In this document: in pieces, positions 14,901 through 16,221 of the stretch
Numbering within the stretch: the stretch's first letter is position 1
Layout of the letters: each line of letters begins with the position of its first letter
Source of the DNA: an uncultured bacterium
GTDB lineage: Bacteria > CSSED10-310 > CAZUFC01
Direction: 5' to 3'
Assembly: GCA_964619725.1 (NCBI GenBank)
Contig: CAZUFC010000113.1
Location: forward strand, 9,355-25,575
Length of the DNA stretch: 16,221 bases
Notes under the pieces: generated by a model
Databases searched by the model: none
Seen by the model: the letters and a program-made list of their open reading frames with translations, nothing else
What the model was told of the DNA's origin: nothing
Position numbers and translations under genes: made by a program

Positions 14901-15799
14901 TAACCGGAATACACGTACATGTAGACTCCATTGCTGAGAGCGGAATCGAGCAGATTGTTCGATATGGTCGCGTTGACTTGTCCAGAATCGATACTGAAAT
15001 CGACGGCTGTCTGTAATGAAGTTACTTCATTGTAAGATATCCCGGCGGTCAGGTAATCCGCGTCGCTGTAGAATACTATCCCTCGGTCTTCCGTTGAAAT
15101 GGAATTCATCAGAATCTCGACGTCTGCAGCCTGGGAAGATGTCGAATTGACGGTCACACCCCGGAAAACATCACTGATCGTATTGCCCGCTATGTATGGA
15201 GCGCCTTGCATTATCTCTCTCCCAGGACCGGCTCCCGTTACGATCATGATCCCTGTCCGGGGATACATCGTATCGTAATACTGCGCGCCTGAAATGACGT
15301 TGTTCGTTATGGATGCGTCGGAATTCCGGGAATAAATGCCGTAGTTCACGTAATAAGGCGCAGATGCTGGATTATTGATGGTGTTGTTCGATATCGTGAC
15401 ACTGCAGGCGGCTAAATTTATCGCCTCTGACGTCCAGTTTACAACGTGGAATCCGTCTAAAACAGCATCCGTCACATCAGTTGCCGATACCGGCATCCCC
15501 AGCCCGGATGCATCGATCACCGTCACGTAATTTTCAACGTCACGGCTCCAGCCCGTTGACTCATAACCCCCCAGGAGCGAAATCCCCTCTTTTAACTGGA
15601 TCAACTCGGAATAAACCCCTCTGGCCGTCTGAACAGTATCTCCCGATTCGGCGACCGCCAGCGCATCATTTATCGCCTCAAAATCCCCGCCGCCGGACCA
15701 GTCAACCCTCAAAACAGCGCCGTAAGCCGTTTGACCCAAAGCCGCTGTCATGCCGATAATTAAAAAAGAAATCCAAATCATTTGATGAAATTCTTTCAC
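11954..15799 (-). pseudogene. Large right-handed parallel beta-helix (pectin lyase-like/NosD-like) surface protein with IPTL-CTERM-like anchor, interrupted by one in-frame TAA at 12968-12970
   Basis: ORFs 12968-15799 and 11954-12850 share a frame. The 117-nt gap reads TINPVVSENVIKSGDAGESRGIYLKGGYTVGAQGTFAHN with no stop and keeps the P.I..N.I...GI repeat pattern. N-terminal signal peptide plus cap VDWSGGGDFEAINDAL...GDTV...GVYSE. C-cap DPLF...YYL...SPCVDAG...DMGFHY, PT linker 12050-12265, then IPALDTAGLL + TM + RKK. Joined length is 1281 codons. Confidence 0.8.
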
Positions 15800-15891
15800 A
15801 ATCTCTGCCCTTGTAAAAAGTTGAAAAATATAAAGGTAAAATCATCGCTCGTCCCGTCTTGAACGTTTCCCCTTCAACAGTTACTCTATTA

Positions 15892-15919
15892 GATATAGTG
15901 AAGAATTTTATAATGTCAA
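15892..15919 (-). promoter_or_regulatory. Possible sigma70-type promoter for the beta-helix gene
   Basis: Minus strand perfect TTGACA (15919-15914), N16, then a weak -10 TATATC, about 90 nt upstream of the GTG start. Confidence 0.35.
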
Positions 15920-16013
15920 AAGAGAAGAGGCAAAAACCCGGGTTCGATAAATCGACGGGGACTGAGCAAACCAGGGTTACACTTCTTTCAAAACTTTTGA
16001 CGGTTTATTTCAA

Positions 16014-16082
16014 TAATCGGGATCGCTACAAAATGATGGAATATTCGGAAAAATTGTAAAATCAAAAGACGCATTTTTGATT
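16014..16082. repeat. Dispersed repeat, copy 2, with a minimal hexamer tract and an internal palindrome
   Basis: Begins TAATCGGGATCGCTA (units of the left-end array), then matches 295-342. Contains AATCAAAA-N7-TTTTGATT (16060-16082). Confidence 0.7.
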
Positions 16083-16170
16083 CATGCCTTCAGCTATTTC
16101 ATTTTTTCCATGAATAAAAAATATTTGCCGGGCTATCGGATTGCGGTTCTTATTTTTGTTGGCTGATTGA

Positions 16171-16210
16171 CCTCACCCCCCGGCCCCCTCTCCATGAATG
16201 GAGAGGGGGA
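16171..16210. repeat. REP-like GC-rich palindromic element (CCTCACCCCCCGGCCCCCTCTCC...GGAGAGGGGGA)
   Basis: Perfect 12-bp inverted arms CCCCCTCTCCAT (16184-16195) / ATGGAGAGGGGG (16198-16209), preceded by a C-rich leader. No U-tract follows. It resembles a widespread bacterial intergenic repeat that I recognise from memory. Confidence 0.7.
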
Positions 16211-16221
16211 GTAAGATTGGG

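Noticed and set aside
15859-16059. 66-aa plus-strand ORF
   Set aside because: TTG start without an RBS, no motif, and it overlaps the putative promoter and the dispersed repeat.
16184-16209. Intrinsic terminator
   Set aside because: No U-tract on either strand and no supported gene ends next to it within the window.

Overview
Bacterial window devoted to cell-surface biology. The left end is a ~290 bp non-coding (ATCGGG/ATCGGT-like)n array. It is followed by three minus-strand genes typical of nucleotide-sugar/glycan clusters: a GNAT N-acyltransferase overlapping a DegT/DnrJ/EryC1/StrS aminotransferase, then an FAD-dependent HemY/Glf-like oxidoreductase. The rest holds three large secreted multidomain genes, all with Pro/Thr linkers. 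(i) A C39-like cysteine peptidase with Ig-like modules and an IPTL-CTERM-like anchor. (ii) An M14 zinc carboxypeptidase ending in a ~117-aa aromatic-rich C-terminal domain I cannot assign, a candidate sorting domain. (iii) A convergent parallel beta-helix gene with an IPTL-CTERM-like anchor, split by one in-frame TAA, so the two listed ORFs are one gene. Non-coding observations: a ~50-70 bp element shared by both ends of the window and tied to the hexamer array, a hairpin-rich leader upstream of the C39 gene, a REP-like hairpin at the right edge, and an apparent G-rich 5' to C-rich 3' codon gradient in all three big genes. All calls come from reading motifs by eye; no database searches were run.
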